From Sulfolobales archaeon (GTDB lineage: Archaea; Thermoproteota; Thermoprotei_A; Sulfolobales; NBVN01), in assembly GCA_025058345.1 (NCBI GenBank), contig JANXEN010000002.1, positions 33,679-97,678 on the forward strand: a stretch of DNA of 64,000 nt. Reading direction: 5' to 3'. Positions within the stretch are counted from its first letter, which is position 1. Every line of letters begins with the position of its first letter. Positions 28,012 through 37,519 of the stretch are shown here, one piece after another. The notes beneath the pieces were generated by a model. It had not been told where the DNA came from. It made no database searches and worked only from the letters and a program-made list of their open reading frames with translations. Both the position numbers and the translations under genes were made by a program.

Positions 28012-28758
28012 ATGAGGTTAAAGTTAGTGTTTGTTGAACCTGAAGGTAAGATAAATATGGGATTTATACTTAGATTAGCTAAGAACTTCGATGTAAGGGA
28101 CATATGTGTAGTTACCCCGAAATTCAATATATTGGATGAGGAGGTGTTGAACTTCGCGGCAAAGGGTGCTGAGTTAGCACAGCATGTTAAGGTAGTTGAC
28201 GTTTTAGATGAATGTCTGAAGGATTCAAGAATGTCCGTATGTACTACAGCACTTTACGATGCTGAATCAGATGTGATCAGGCAGTCAGTAAGCCTTAAAC
28301 ACATGGTCAGCATAGCATCTGCTTACGACTCAGTTACTTTGGTCTTCGGACGTGAAAGCGTTGGATTGACACGTAATGAGTTAAGTAAGTGTGACTTAAT
28401 TATGACTATAGATGTCGGTAGCGAGTATAACGTTTTTAACTTATCGCATGCAGTAGCAATAGTGCTTTACGAATTGATTGCTGTAGGCACTCAGCAGAGA
28501 CCCGTCTACGGTAAACTCGCTGATAAGGACCGTATAAATTACATAGTCAATTTCGCTAAGGAATTAGCATCACACTTAGGCTTAAATACATCAGATGTTG
28601 AAGTTACTTTAAGGCATGTATTAAATAAAGCCTTAATCACTAAAGCTGAAGGGAGAGTACTATATAGATTGTTTAAAGGTCTGCACTACGCTCTTAAGCA
28701 ATGCGATGGGGTTGCATTAGATAGCGTGTCCAGCGAAGTTGATGCTAACACCGAATAG
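28012..28758 (+). CDS. SPOUT (SpoU/TrmH-class) RNA 2'-O-methyltransferase, TrmJ-like
   Basis: LVFVEPEGKINMGFILRLAKNF N-terminus, VFGRESVGLTRNEL, and NLSHAVAIVLYEL trefoil-knot motifs. Confidence 0.75.
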   Translation: MRLKLVFVEPEGKINMGFILRLAKNFDVRDICVVTPKFNILDEEVLNFAAKGAELAQHVKVVDVLDECLKDSRMSVCTTALYDAESDVIRQSVSLKHMVSIASAYDSVTLVFGRESVGLTRNELSKCDLIMTIDVGSEYNVFNLSHAVAIVLYELIAVGTQQRPVYGKLADKDRINYIVNFAKELASHLGLNTSDVEVTLRHVLNKALITKAEGRVLYRLFKGLHYALKQCDGVALDSVSSEVDANTE

Positions 28759-28852
28759 ATCCCCAATACTTCACCTACCTAAGCTTTAGAGGTAATTACA
28801 CTTAAGTAGTATTTTAAAGTTCCATAAACTTAGTTAGCTATGGTATTTACGT

Positions 28853-29320
28853 ATGGCTAGGAATATACTCGTAGTTGCGAATAACGCATCAAGCCCTCAG
28901 AAATTGATAGACGTTGCTAAAGTTGTGTTTAACTTCGAGTACTCCGAAATCGTCAGCGCTTTAATCGTAACTAAACCCGTAGGAAGTGCAGCTCAGGTAG
29001 GTATTCCGGAGGTCAGTAAGTTAGCTTATAAGTTGGGTAAGACTTTAGTGATACTTCCTTCAGTAAATGATGCTATAGAGTTATTCAAACCTACTAAGGT
29101 ATTACTTTTGTGTAGGACTAATGAAACCCAACCAATTGAGACGATCGATATACCAGATAATTCCATGATTGTCACTTCCTGCAGTGATGTAGGGTTTACA
29201 AAGGGTGAGCTTGCTTTAGGAATCCATACGTATCCAAAGCATTTTAACTACGGGATCGGCCCAGCAGCTGAGATAGTGTTGTCACTGTATGCTTTAGCCT
29301 CTAAGGTTTATCAACAATAA
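28853..29320 (+). CDS. Conserved-looking small protein with a SPOUT-like C-terminal signature
   Basis: 155 aa. ...MIVTSCSDVGFTKGELALG...GPAAEIVLSLYAL resembles SPOUT motifs 2-3. No firm family assignment. Confidence 0.4.
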   Translation: MARNILVVANNASSPQKLIDVAKVVFNFEYSEIVSALIVTKPVGSAAQVGIPEVSKLAYKLGKTLVILPSVNDAIELFKPTKVLLLCRTNETQPIETIDIPDNSMIVTSCSDVGFTKGELALGIHTYPKHFNYGIGPAAEIVLSLYALASKVYQQ

Positions 29321-29349
29321 TATAATTGCTTCTCCATACTGTAGATGAA

Positions 29350-30321
29350 TTAATGATAGTTATTCAGAAATTTAAGCACTTCATATGCCAGCACCTTAGA
29401 CAGTACGTATGGTACTGCCTCACCGACCTGATTATATTGCTCATCCTTACTTCCTAAAAATACGTGATCGTCTGGGAAGCTCATTAACCTTGCCTGCTCT
29501 CTAACGGTAAGCAATCTATTCTCGAACGGGTGAATAAATCTCGAAGCCCCCAGAACAGTAGGTGCTACCCTATAAGGATTTAATCTAATTAAATTTGGTA
29601 TAAGCTTATCTACACCCTCATACATTGTGAGGCTAGAACCCCACCGAAGTTTAGATACCTTCCTTAACTTTCTGAAGCTTAAGTTAGGAGGCAACTCATG
29701 ATTAGGTATCGGAGGGTCTTCCGACGGCTCCGGTAAGTCACTAATAGCGTCTAAGACTGTAGTAAAAGAATTAACTGGTTTAGGTTTTAAGTAGATATTT
29801 GATATGAAAACTCTAGTTCTCTTGGATGGATTGCCGTAATCCTCAGCTCTCAAAACGTTGAAATACACTGAATAATCAACAAGCTTAAACTCGTTTCGTA
29901 ACGCATCCCTTAATTCGCCATCAAGTATTGCGGGAACGTTTTCCATAATAAATACTTTAGGATTAAGGCATCCAACAAACTCAATGAAGGTAAGAACTAA
30001 TGAACCTGTAGGATCTTTGTATAGCCTGTCAAGGGGATCCTTCATACGTCTACTATTAGCTGCTGTGAAGGGTTCGCATGGCGGGCTCCCAATAACAACG
30101 TCTACATCATCCACACCTACCATACCTTTCAAATCATTGCAGGAAAGGTCCCTAAGATCCTCACATAAGACTGTAGCCGTCGGGATATTCGATTTATAAC
30201 TTCTTGCTGACGCCTTATTATGGTCGACAGCATAAACGACGTTGAAGCCTAAATCATAGAAACCCCTACCAAACCCACCTGCACCGCAGAATAGATCAAC
30301 GAGTGAAGGACCTTTCCTCAT
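29350..30321 (-). CDS. Cytosine-C5 methyltransferase (Dcm/Dnmt class), orphan
   Basis: Motif I DLFCGAGGFGRGF, motif IV GSPPCEPFT, motif VI FIMENVP, motif IX LLTVREQARLMSFPDDHVF, motif X QVGEAVPYVL. The 5' end overlaps the tfe 3' end by 26 nt. Confidence 0.85.
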   Translation of the reverse strand: MRKGPSLVDLFCGAGGFGRGFYDLGFNVVYAVDHNKASARSYKSNIPTATVLCEDLRDLSCNDLKGMVGVDDVDVVIGSPPCEPFTAANSRRMKDPLDRLYKDPTGSLVLTFIEFVGCLNPKVFIMENVPAILDGELRDALRNEFKLVDYSVYFNVLRAEDYGNPSKRTRVFISNIYLKPKPVNSFTTVLDAISDLPEPSEDPPIPNHELPPNLSFRKLRKVSKLRWGSSLTMYEGVDKLIPNLIRLNPYRVAPTVLGASRFIHPFENRLLTVREQARLMSFPDDHVFLGSKDEQYNQVGEAVPYVLSKVLAYEVLKFLNNYH

Positions 30322-30823
30322 TACTTACTTCCTCTTGGAGACATAAAATTAACTCTTTAAGCCTCCTCTTAATATCGTAGTTGTCGATGAACTCAAGTGA
30401 TGCACTGCATCTAGGGCATTTGAAGTCGTTCTCCAACGCTTCATCGAACGATAACCTTATCTCATCATGCGGGCAGATGTAAAATGAGTTCTCCTCCTCC
30501 AGCTTCAACCTTTCTTCCAATCTCTTTAGGACTGACCTCTTCCTCTGCAGTAACAGCTGATTTAAATGTTCGATATCAGCATACCAATAGTAGATGAATT
30601 TTCCATCCTTTTCATCCCTCTCTCTATGATATGTTACTATACCTAGTGACTGTAAATCGTATAAAGCCCTCCTAACCTCGTTAATGCCGGCATTAACTTC
30701 CGATGCGAGCTCCTCGTCGAGGAATTCAGAGGATTCCTTAATCATAACCTTAAGGACATCACTACATATATCTCCGCAGAACGTTTTAACAAAGTTCAAC
30801 AAATCATTTAACTGCTCAATCAT
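30296..30823 (-). CDS. tfe: Transcription factor E (TFE alpha, TFIIE-alpha homologue)
   Basis: Winged-helix N-terminus (INEVRRALYDLQSLGIVTY...FIYYWY) and a zinc-ribbon region (CPHD...CPRC). Confidence 0.85.
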   Translation of the reverse strand: MIEQLNDLLNFVKTFCGDICSDVLKVMIKESSEFLDEELASEVNAGINEVRRALYDLQSLGIVTYHRERDEKDGKFIYYWYADIEHLNQLLLQRKRSVLKRLEERLKLEEENSFYICPHDEIRLSFDEALENDFKCPRCSASLEFIDNYDIKRRLKELILCLQEEVSNEERSFTR

Positions 30824-31349
30824 GCCGTATCACCTTCTTACCTTTTTCGGTAGGTACTACTGAAATTTTCGCATCGGAGTAAATAAAGTGTAACTCTCTT
30901 CCACTAAATAATCTGTCTAAGAAGACTGCCAGTGCGCTAACCTCTGAGTGAGGTTGATGCCCTATAGCGACATTATAATTGGCTAACTCGTAAATTACAG
31001 GCGGCACCTTCTCAGCTCCAACCACAATCAGTAAATCCTTATTGATTGATTTCAAAGTGTTTATTAAATCATCTACATGTAAACCATACATAGTTAAGTG
31101 TATTACTAATCCACCCTCATTCTTCCACTCATTGATGTAGCTCACAGGTTCAACCCCCGTCAATACCTTGAAGTTAGAGCCGCCCCATGTATTGCAGACT
31201 TTCCTAACAGATCTGACGACACCTTCATCATGAACTTCAGCTAAGACAAATCCACTTGCTCCAAAAGCCCTTGCCGTTAGCGCAACATGTGTTGTGATTC
31301 TTTTATCCCTTAAAGGTCTATGACCTAACCTTAATACAAAAACCTTCAC
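30816..31349 (-). CDS. trm56: tRNA (cytidine56-2'-O)-methyltransferase aTrm56 (SPOUT)
   Basis: VFVLRLGHRPLRDKRITTHVALTARAFGA is the aTrm56 N-terminal signature. 177 aa. The GTG start shares 1 nt with the hflX stop. Confidence 0.85.
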   Translation of the reverse strand: MKVFVLRLGHRPLRDKRITTHVALTARAFGASGFVLAEVHDEGVVRSVRKVCNTWGGSNFKVLTGVEPVSYINEWKNEGGLVIHLTMYGLHVDDLINTLKSINKDLLIVVGAEKVPPVIYELANYNVAIGHQPHSEVSALAVFLDRLFSGRELHFIYSDAKISVVPTEKGKKVIRHD

Positions 31350-32437
31350 TAACTCACCGAAATAAAATCTACTATACGCTCCTTAAGAAGGTCTATGTTA
31401 ACCTGTTTGAGGGCCGATAGCGTTATGACGTCCCACCTCCATCTATAGTTCACGTCTAGAAACTTTTTCACAGCATTTAACTTCTCCTCAGCTTCTCCCA
31501 CATCTTCAACAGCATCAATTTTATTTAGTGCAACTATTATTGGCTTCCCTAAATACCCAATCTTACTTAAGACCTCTAATGAAGTCTTCAACTTATCAAT
31601 AATTATATCTAGATTTTCGGTAGAATCTAGTAAGACAACCGTGAGATTAGATTCTGCTATCTCTTCAAGTGTTGCGTAGAAAGCTTCAATAACTTCCGTA
31701 GGGACTTTCCTTATGAATCCAACTGTATCGACGAAGATCACCTTCCTACCGTTTATAAATGTACCCTTCACCTTAGGTGAGATTGTGGTAAACATACCCA
31801 TACCGACAGGTTTATTCTCACTTGTTAAGGCATTAAATAAGGTGGTTTTACCGGCATTAGTATAGCCTGATATAGCTATTTGTGGGAAGCCATGACTGGA
31901 TCTCTTAACCCTCTCTAACGACCTCCTTTCCCGTAAGGACAGTAATTCACCTTTAATTTTCGCATATCTCCTCCTCATGCTGTAGTAGTAGGCATCGGTT
32001 GCATACCCACCAGGTCCTAAGAAACCAGGTAGTTCTCCCATCTTAGCTCTACGGACCCACTCTTTAACAAGCGGTAATTCATGTTTTAACCTAAGCATCT
32101 CAATCTGAAGTTTAGCCTCTCTAGATCCGGCATGTAACGCAAATATCTCTAATATAAGCCCAACCCTATCATATACATTGGCTTTCAACTCCTTCATAAG
32201 ATTTATTATCTGCCTAGGTTTCAACTCATCGTAGATGTATACCTTACTCACCTTATTTTCCTCTATAAGTTTCTTCAACAGCGCTATCTTACTTTTACTT
32301 AGGTAGAAACTGCTGTCGATTTTCTTACTCTTAATTAATACCTCACCAACGACCTTTAGGTTAAGAGTTTCAACTAAGGCCTTTACCTCATCTAGGTCCT
32401 CGCTTAAGGCAGCAATCACTACATTATCCACATTCAT
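31349..32437 (-). CDS. hflX: GTPase HflX
   Basis: HflX N-domain, then G motifs GYTNAGKTTLFNALT, DTVGF and NKID. Confidence 0.88.
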   Translation of the reverse strand: MNVDNVVIAALSEDLDEVKALVETLNLKVVGEVLIKSKKIDSSFYLSKSKIALLKKLIEENKVSKVYIYDELKPRQIINLMKELKANVYDRVGLILEIFALHAGSREAKLQIEMLRLKHELPLVKEWVRRAKMGELPGFLGPGGYATDAYYYSMRRRYAKIKGELLSLRERRSLERVKRSSHGFPQIAISGYTNAGKTTLFNALTSENKPVGMGMFTTISPKVKGTFINGRKVIFVDTVGFIRKVPTEVIEAFYATLEEIAESNLTVVLLDSTENLDIIIDKLKTSLEVLSKIGYLGKPIIVALNKIDAVEDVGEAEEKLNAVKKFLDVNYRWRWDVITLSALKQVNIDLLKERIVDFISVS

Positions 32438-32454
32438 GAAACTAAGTACCTACC

Positions 32455-32970
32455 TCACTTCTTATCGCTCTTTATGTTTACTATATCGCCTAGCGTTAGT
32501 TCTTTAGGTATTTTCTTAACGTTATCTACGTATTCACTGCCCTCTACGATAGGTTCAAGCAGTTTTATGTTGAGAGCTTTCTCAAGTTTCTTCGCTTGCT
32601 CAATTGTAGGGACTAAACGACCGCTCTCTAAACGCTTAATCACGTTCTCGCTCTCCTTCACAGTCTCAGCCAGCACCCTCTGACTCCATCCAAGAGCTTC
32701 ACGTGCTTTCCTAATCCTCGTTGCAAAATCTTCAACAACTTCAAAATCTTCCTTAACGCCCTCCCTAACCCTAAGGCTTTTCTGAGTATTCGCTGGTGTC
32801 GCCTTCTTCGTTTCAGGTAGCATTCTTAAAGGTTCCGTCGTTAGCTTCTTATTAATCCTGGAGTAACATGAAGGACATAAAACAAGTCTAGCACCTTCTA
32901 CGAATACTATCTTCGACGATTTCTTTTCAATCATTGCGCCGCAGATCTCGCAATGAACTACGTTACTCAT
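32455..32970 (-). CDS. mbf1: Archaeal multiprotein bridging factor 1 (Zn-ribbon + XRE-type HTH)
   Basis: CEICGA...CPSC zinc ribbon and RIRKAREALGWSQRVLAETV HTH. Confidence 0.85.
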   Translation of the reverse strand: MSNVVHCEICGAMIEKKSSKIVFVEGARLVLCPSCYSRINKKLTTEPLRMLPETKKATPANTQKSLRVREGVKEDFEVVEDFATRIRKAREALGWSQRVLAETVKESENVIKRLESGRLVPTIEQAKKLEKALNIKLLEPIVEGSEYVDNVKKIPKELTLGDIVNIKSDKK

Positions 32971-33014
32971 GAGTTGTAGCTCCCATATTAAGTATTCATT
33001 CCCGTACTTATATC

Positions 33015-34241
33015 CTATATTGCTTTAATCCTAGTATGGACTTCGATAACGTCACCATCCATCAACTTATGATCTAATCCAACCCTCTCACCTGGATACT
33101 TAGCTGAAGGCCCCCAGATCTTAGCATATTTAAAGTATTGAAGTAGTTCACTACGTAGGTGTTTTATTGCATCTAATAACGTTGCACCGTCCTTAAGAAT
33201 TAGAGGCCTAGGGGATGGTGACTCGTTATTAGGTTCCTTAGCGTAGATTCTAATAAGGTTAAGCACTCTGAAGAGGTTTACAGACACTTCACTTAAGCCG
33301 TAACCTGTCTTAGCGGATGTAGCTATTACCGGAATTGAGGTAGACTTCGCTTTAATTTCCGACAACACCGTATTTAACGTGGCTGTATCGTATAGATCAG
33401 CCTTATTTGCCAATATTATCGTAGGTTTATAAACGACGTTTTCGAATAGGCTCCTCTCAACGTCTTCAAGAGTAACCTCACCGTAAATCTTAACTAAAGC
33501 ATTATATATTCTGTAAGATTCTAATAACTTCCTAACATCATCTGCAGTACAATTCACTAGTTTGCCGAGATTTACGACACTTACTCTCTGATACGCCTTA
33601 GACCTCTCAATTACTGCATAACCCTTAGGTCTTACAGTATATATGCCTGCCTTACTTAACTCGTTAATAATAACATCTAACTGATGGGTAGGGTTATTAC
33701 TTAAATCAACCACTATAATTAAGGCGTCGGCATTCCGTGCAATCCCTAAAACACGTGAACCCCACCAAATAGCTCCCTCCGATATACCTTTAACGATAGC
33801 TGGAACCTCAACTAGTTGGAATTGTATATCCTCATACCTCAGCATTCCAGGGACCGGGAACTTAGTTGTGAATGGTGTATCACTTATTTGCGGCTTCGCA
33901 TTCGTTAACATACTCAGTATAGAGCTCTTCCCACTTGAAGGCATTCCTAAGATAATTGCCTGTGCAGCTCCCTCCTTCTCTATAAAGAAGGATGGACCGC
34001 CACCCCCAATCTTCCTGGACTTTCTCTCCTCAACTTCCTCCCTAAGTTCAGCCATCCTCCTCTTAACCCAGTAAACCAGATTCTCAGTACCCTTATGCTT
34101 GGGAATAGCTGACAGAAACTCCTGAAGAGCCCTCAACTTCTCCTCAGGCGTCTTAGCATCTGAGTACTTCGCCCACTTAGCCTTAGCCTCAGCAGGAAGA
34201 TTAGTTACCATTACTGATCCATTAACGATATACGACTTCAT
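33015..34241 (-). CDS. DRG/OBG-class GTP-binding protein with a TGS domain
   Basis: G1 GMPSSGKSSIL, NKADL, and a C-terminal TGS-like ...LMDGDVIEVHT. Confidence 0.8.
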   Translation of the reverse strand: MKSYIVNGSVMVTNLPAEAKAKWAKYSDAKTPEEKLRALQEFLSAIPKHKGTENLVYWVKRRMAELREEVEERKSRKIGGGGPSFFIEKEGAAQAIILGMPSSGKSSILSMLTNAKPQISDTPFTTKFPVPGMLRYEDIQFQLVEVPAIVKGISEGAIWWGSRVLGIARNADALIIVVDLSNNPTHQLDVIINELSKAGIYTVRPKGYAVIERSKAYQRVSVVNLGKLVNCTADDVRKLLESYRIYNALVKIYGEVTLEDVERSLFENVVYKPTIILANKADLYDTATLNTVLSEIKAKSTSIPVIATSAKTGYGLSEVSVNLFRVLNLIRIYAKEPNNESPSPRPLILKDGATLLDAIKHLRSELLQYFKYAKIWGPSAKYPGERVGLDHKLMDGDVIEVHTRIKAI

Positions 34242-34297
34242 AAACTAAATACTTTATAATCTCTACGCACAATAATTAAATCAAATCAGTAAACTGT

Positions 34298-34957
34298 ATG
34301 GGTAGTACTTTGCTGGTTATAGGTATTGACGAAGCTGGTAGAGGGCCGTTAATAGGCGATATGTTCGTAGCGGCGGTAGGGCTTCACAGCAATGATTTAA
34401 AAGTTTTAGAAGATGCCGGTGTAGATGATAGTAAGAGATTATCTCCTTCATTGAGGTTTAAGCTATTTAACATAATAATTGGTTACTCACGGTACATCTT
34501 CATAAAGAGGTTTACACCAGACGTTATAGATTCAAACAACATTAACTCATTATTTATAGACGCACTTATATCTGCAATAAAAACGGCTTACGCATTAGGG
34601 TTTAAGCCATCCATTATTTACGTAGATTCAACGTCGAATAGGGAGAAAATAATTAACTGCCTCCAAAACGTAGTGTGTGATGGTACAACGCTAGTCGTTG
34701 AGTATAAGGCTGATCAGAAATATATAGCAGTGGCTGCAGCCAGCATAATTGCTAAGGTCTTAAGGGATTCCTACATATCGCATTTAAGGGGTATTTACGG
34801 GGATTTTGGCAGCGGATATCCATCAGATCCTACGACGATTGAATGGGTTGAAGATTACTTCAGGTCATCTAAAGCTTTACCACCCATAGTTAGGAAGAGT
34901 TGGAGGACTGTTAAGAGGTTTAGGGGGAGTCAGAAAAGCTTAGAGGATTACAGGTGA
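34298..34957 (+). CDS. rnhB: Ribonuclease HII
   Basis: IGIDEAGRGPLIGDM catalytic motif, DSKRLS, ...ASIIAK. Confidence 0.92.
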   Translation: MGSTLLVIGIDEAGRGPLIGDMFVAAVGLHSNDLKVLEDAGVDDSKRLSPSLRFKLFNIIIGYSRYIFIKRFTPDVIDSNNINSLFIDALISAIKTAYALGFKPSIIYVDSTSNREKIINCLQNVVCDGTTLVVEYKADQKYIAVAAASIIAKVLRDSYISHLRGIYGDFGSGYPSDPTTIEWVEDYFRSSKALPPIVRKSWRTVKRFRGSQKSLEDYR

Positions 34958-34969
34958 AGTTGGTTTAGA

Positions 34970-35018
34970 TCAGAAGCCTGGTTACACTCACTAAATCATC
35001 CCTTACAAGCCTCATCAT
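34970..35018 (-). ncRNA. C/D-box sRNA candidate (weak C' box)
   Basis: Minus strand: ATGATGA-GGCTTGTAAGGG-ATGA-TTT-AGTGAGT-GTAACCAGGCTT-CTGA. The geometry is 7-12-4-3-7-12-4, but C' is poor. Lies in the intergenic gap after rnhB. Confidence 0.3.
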
Positions 35019-35147
35019 CCGCAACTATAATGTACTTAAGAGCTAAAAACCCTAATCTAAGCTGTTTTAACTCCTTCTACATTATATTAAGTAGGTGGCG
35101 TCAGGATCAGTAACTCGAGGGTCTTAATTGATGAAGATTACGTTGTT

Positions 35148-35885
35148 GTGGTTTTAAACAATTACGGATTAGACAACATAGTTAGAACCCTAAGACGCTT
35201 ATACTCATTAAGGGAGACTTATAAAACCTTAATTACATTAAGGACTTCAGCGGTTACGGTTTTAGTGAGTAAGGTTAGGAGGACTCTAATAATTCCACCG
35301 TTTTCCTTCCTCATCAGGTGTGGTGAGTGCAGGGATTTAATGCATGAAGTAGCTGACTTAGATGTCAATACGTATAAGGTTTTGGAATACTCCTGGATTG
35401 AATGTAAGGAAATTCCGTCAAAGATATACACCCTACTAGACCATTCTCCCCCTATATTGGAGGGACTTGGAGTCAAGACCATACACTTAAGTAGCATTAA
35501 CGAGTTCCATAGAGTTATTGATGGTGGGGTACTAATTTCCTGCGATGCTTGCCTCGATTCTGATATGCTTAACGATATATTACTTAAGTTTAGGCTTCTT
35601 ATCGATTTAAGGTCTGTTAAAGGCCTAAGTAAGGCTAACGTTTCAGGTCGTTTAATATCGAACTTTAAGGATCATCCACTAATTTACGGTGTTGAACTCA
35701 GCTGGTTTGATGGATTACTTTACGATGTGCGTGAATTGAGGAAGGTCTTACTATACGGTAAGACATTAATTTATGTAGACTCGAAGCAGTTAGTGGTTGA
35801 ATTACCTAATAACTCTCTAATATTCGGTAGTAACTTTAGCTCTCTAGAATATTTCTTAATCCGTGGGTTAGTCTATTCATGCTGA
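35148..35885 (+). CDS. Hypothetical protein, no recognisable family
   Basis: 245-aa ORF with a GTG start and protein-like composition. The CGEC and CDAC pairs are the only motifs. Its 3' end overlaps the XPB 3' end by 13 nt (convergent). Confidence 0.45.
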   Translation: MVLNNYGLDNIVRTLRRLYSLRETYKTLITLRTSAVTVLVSKVRRTLIIPPFSFLIRCGECRDLMHEVADLDVNTYKVLEYSWIECKEIPSKIYTLLDHSPPILEGLGVKTIHLSSINEFHRVIDGGVLISCDACLDSDMLNDILLKFRLLIDLRSVKGLSKANVSGRLISNFKDHPLIYGVELSWFDGLLYDVRELRKVLLYGKTLIYVDSKQLVVELPNNSLIFGSNFSSLEYFLIRGLVYSC

Positions 35886-37519
35886 TTCTCAATGTCTATA
35901 TCTGTGTTCTTACGCCTCTTTGACTGAAGTTCTTCACTAGTGCCTTTAACTATAATTTCATATAGGACTGCTCTCTTTCCCTCCTTAGGTCTCAACAACC
36001 TACCCAGTCTCTGTATGAATTGTCTTCTGGATCCGGTACCAGCTACTAATATACCTATAGATGCGTCAGGGATGTCTAAACCTTCATCACCTACAGTTGT
36101 TACTACCAACACACCACTCCTTAACTGTTTAAACTTACTTAAGATCTGGTCTCGTCTCCCCTTATCAACATCGCCAGTAAGGAGTAACGCCCCAACAGTA
36201 TTAGCTATTTCCTCCGCTAGGTCTACGTAGTGAGCGAATACTATTATCTTGTTGCCTTTAATTAACTCAGACTCTATTATCTCTTTAGCCTTATTCACCT
36301 TATTCTTCGATTTCTGAACTAGGAGCTTAATTGATGTGTGGATTTTAAGCGCCTCCAACGCTGCGGGGTTTCCATTCTTAGCTGCATTCAGAACATCTTC
36401 AAATTTACTGCTCCCCACTAAAGCTCTATACCTCTTTATTAGTTCTAGGTACTTCTTCCTCTCATCCTGCGTCAACTTGACGTATACCGTAATCACCTCA
36501 TAGGGTGCGAGGAAACCCTTCTCAGACAGCTCAGCTGGTGTTTTATAGTATACTACACCTCCCATTAATGGAAAGAGTACTACATGCCTGCCATCCTCTC
36601 TATAGGGAGTTGCTGATAACCCCATTCTATGTGGTGCTGGCGAGTTAAGCGCAATATGCATAAACTTCTCTGCAGGTAGGTGATGTACTTCATCGATTAA
36701 AAGGAACGTGAAGGACCTCATTAAGTCAGATATGTATTTAAAAGCTGTTTGATACGTTGTCAGGGTTATCGGCGCAATTCGTTTCTCCTCACTGTAGTAC
36801 ATCCCGATCAACCCTGTTTGAGTGTTCGTGAACCTTAGTATTGATTCTCTCCATTGAGTAAGCTGATCTTTAGTATAAGCAACTATTAATGTCCTCTCAT
36901 TTAGTGATGTAATAGCAGCTATGCCTATGATCGTCTTACCGGAGCCTGTGGGCAGCGCTATTATACCCCGATAGTTGTTTGAGGACCAGTTATTGATCGC
37001 CTCTCTTTGGTAGTCCCTTAACTCCCCCCTAAACTCTAGTTTCATAGGTAATGGTTGAGTTTCCTTAAGTTCTGTTCTATTTACGACTTTAACACCTAAA
37101 TCGGTTAGGAACTTAATTACTGTAAATAAATAAAAGGGCACTACCTTAAAGGCCCTCTCCTTCCTATCATACGTTACGTAGTTCCTCATCTTGTCGTAGA
37201 TATTGCCTAAGTACTTATTGGGATGCATAAAGATAACTCCATTCTTAATGCTTAACTCAACGACGGTTTCATCCCTCCTAGCAATCCTCTGAGTCAAGCT
37301 CTCAATCAACCCATTCGAATATATGAAGTCGTATTTCTCAAGAATATCGACAACATCATCAACGTCGTACCCATTCTTTAAGATCTTGTTTAAGTTTAAG
37401 TTAAATGCTGAAGCCCCCTCATCCCTCCCTAAATAATCAGCAATGCTCAACACCTCTTTAAACTCATCGTCATCAAGCCACTTTCTAGTCTTCACAACAT
37501 ACGAGTTAATCACAATCAC
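35873..37519 (-). CDS. xpb: XPB/Rad25-type SF2 DNA helicase
   Basis: LRDYQREA, Walker A LPTGSGKT, DEVHH, later SF2 motifs (TTVGDEGLDIP, QRLGRLLR) and an N-terminal damage-recognition-like domain. Confidence 0.85.
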   Translation of the reverse strand: MIVINSYVVKTRKWLDDDEFKEVLSIADYLGRDEGASAFNLNLNKILKNGYDVDDVVDILEKYDFIYSNGLIESLTQRIARRDETVVELSIKNGVIFMHPNKYLGNIYDKMRNYVTYDRKERAFKVVPFYLFTVIKFLTDLGVKVVNRTELKETQPLPMKLEFRGELRDYQREAINNWSSNNYRGIIALPTGSGKTIIGIAAITSLNERTLIVAYTKDQLTQWRESILRFTNTQTGLIGMYYSEEKRIAPITLTTYQTAFKYISDLMRSFTFLLIDEVHHLPAEKFMHIALNSPAPHRMGLSATPYREDGRHVVLFPLMGGVVYYKTPAELSEKGFLAPYEVITVYVKLTQDERKKYLELIKRYRALVGSSKFEDVLNAAKNGNPAALEALKIHTSIKLLVQKSKNKVNKAKEIIESELIKGNKIIVFAHYVDLAEEIANTVGALLLTGDVDKGRRDQILSKFKQLRSGVLVVTTVGDEGLDIPDASIGILVAGTGSRRQFIQRLGRLLRPKEGKRAVLYEIIVKGTSEELQSKRRKNTDIDIENQHE

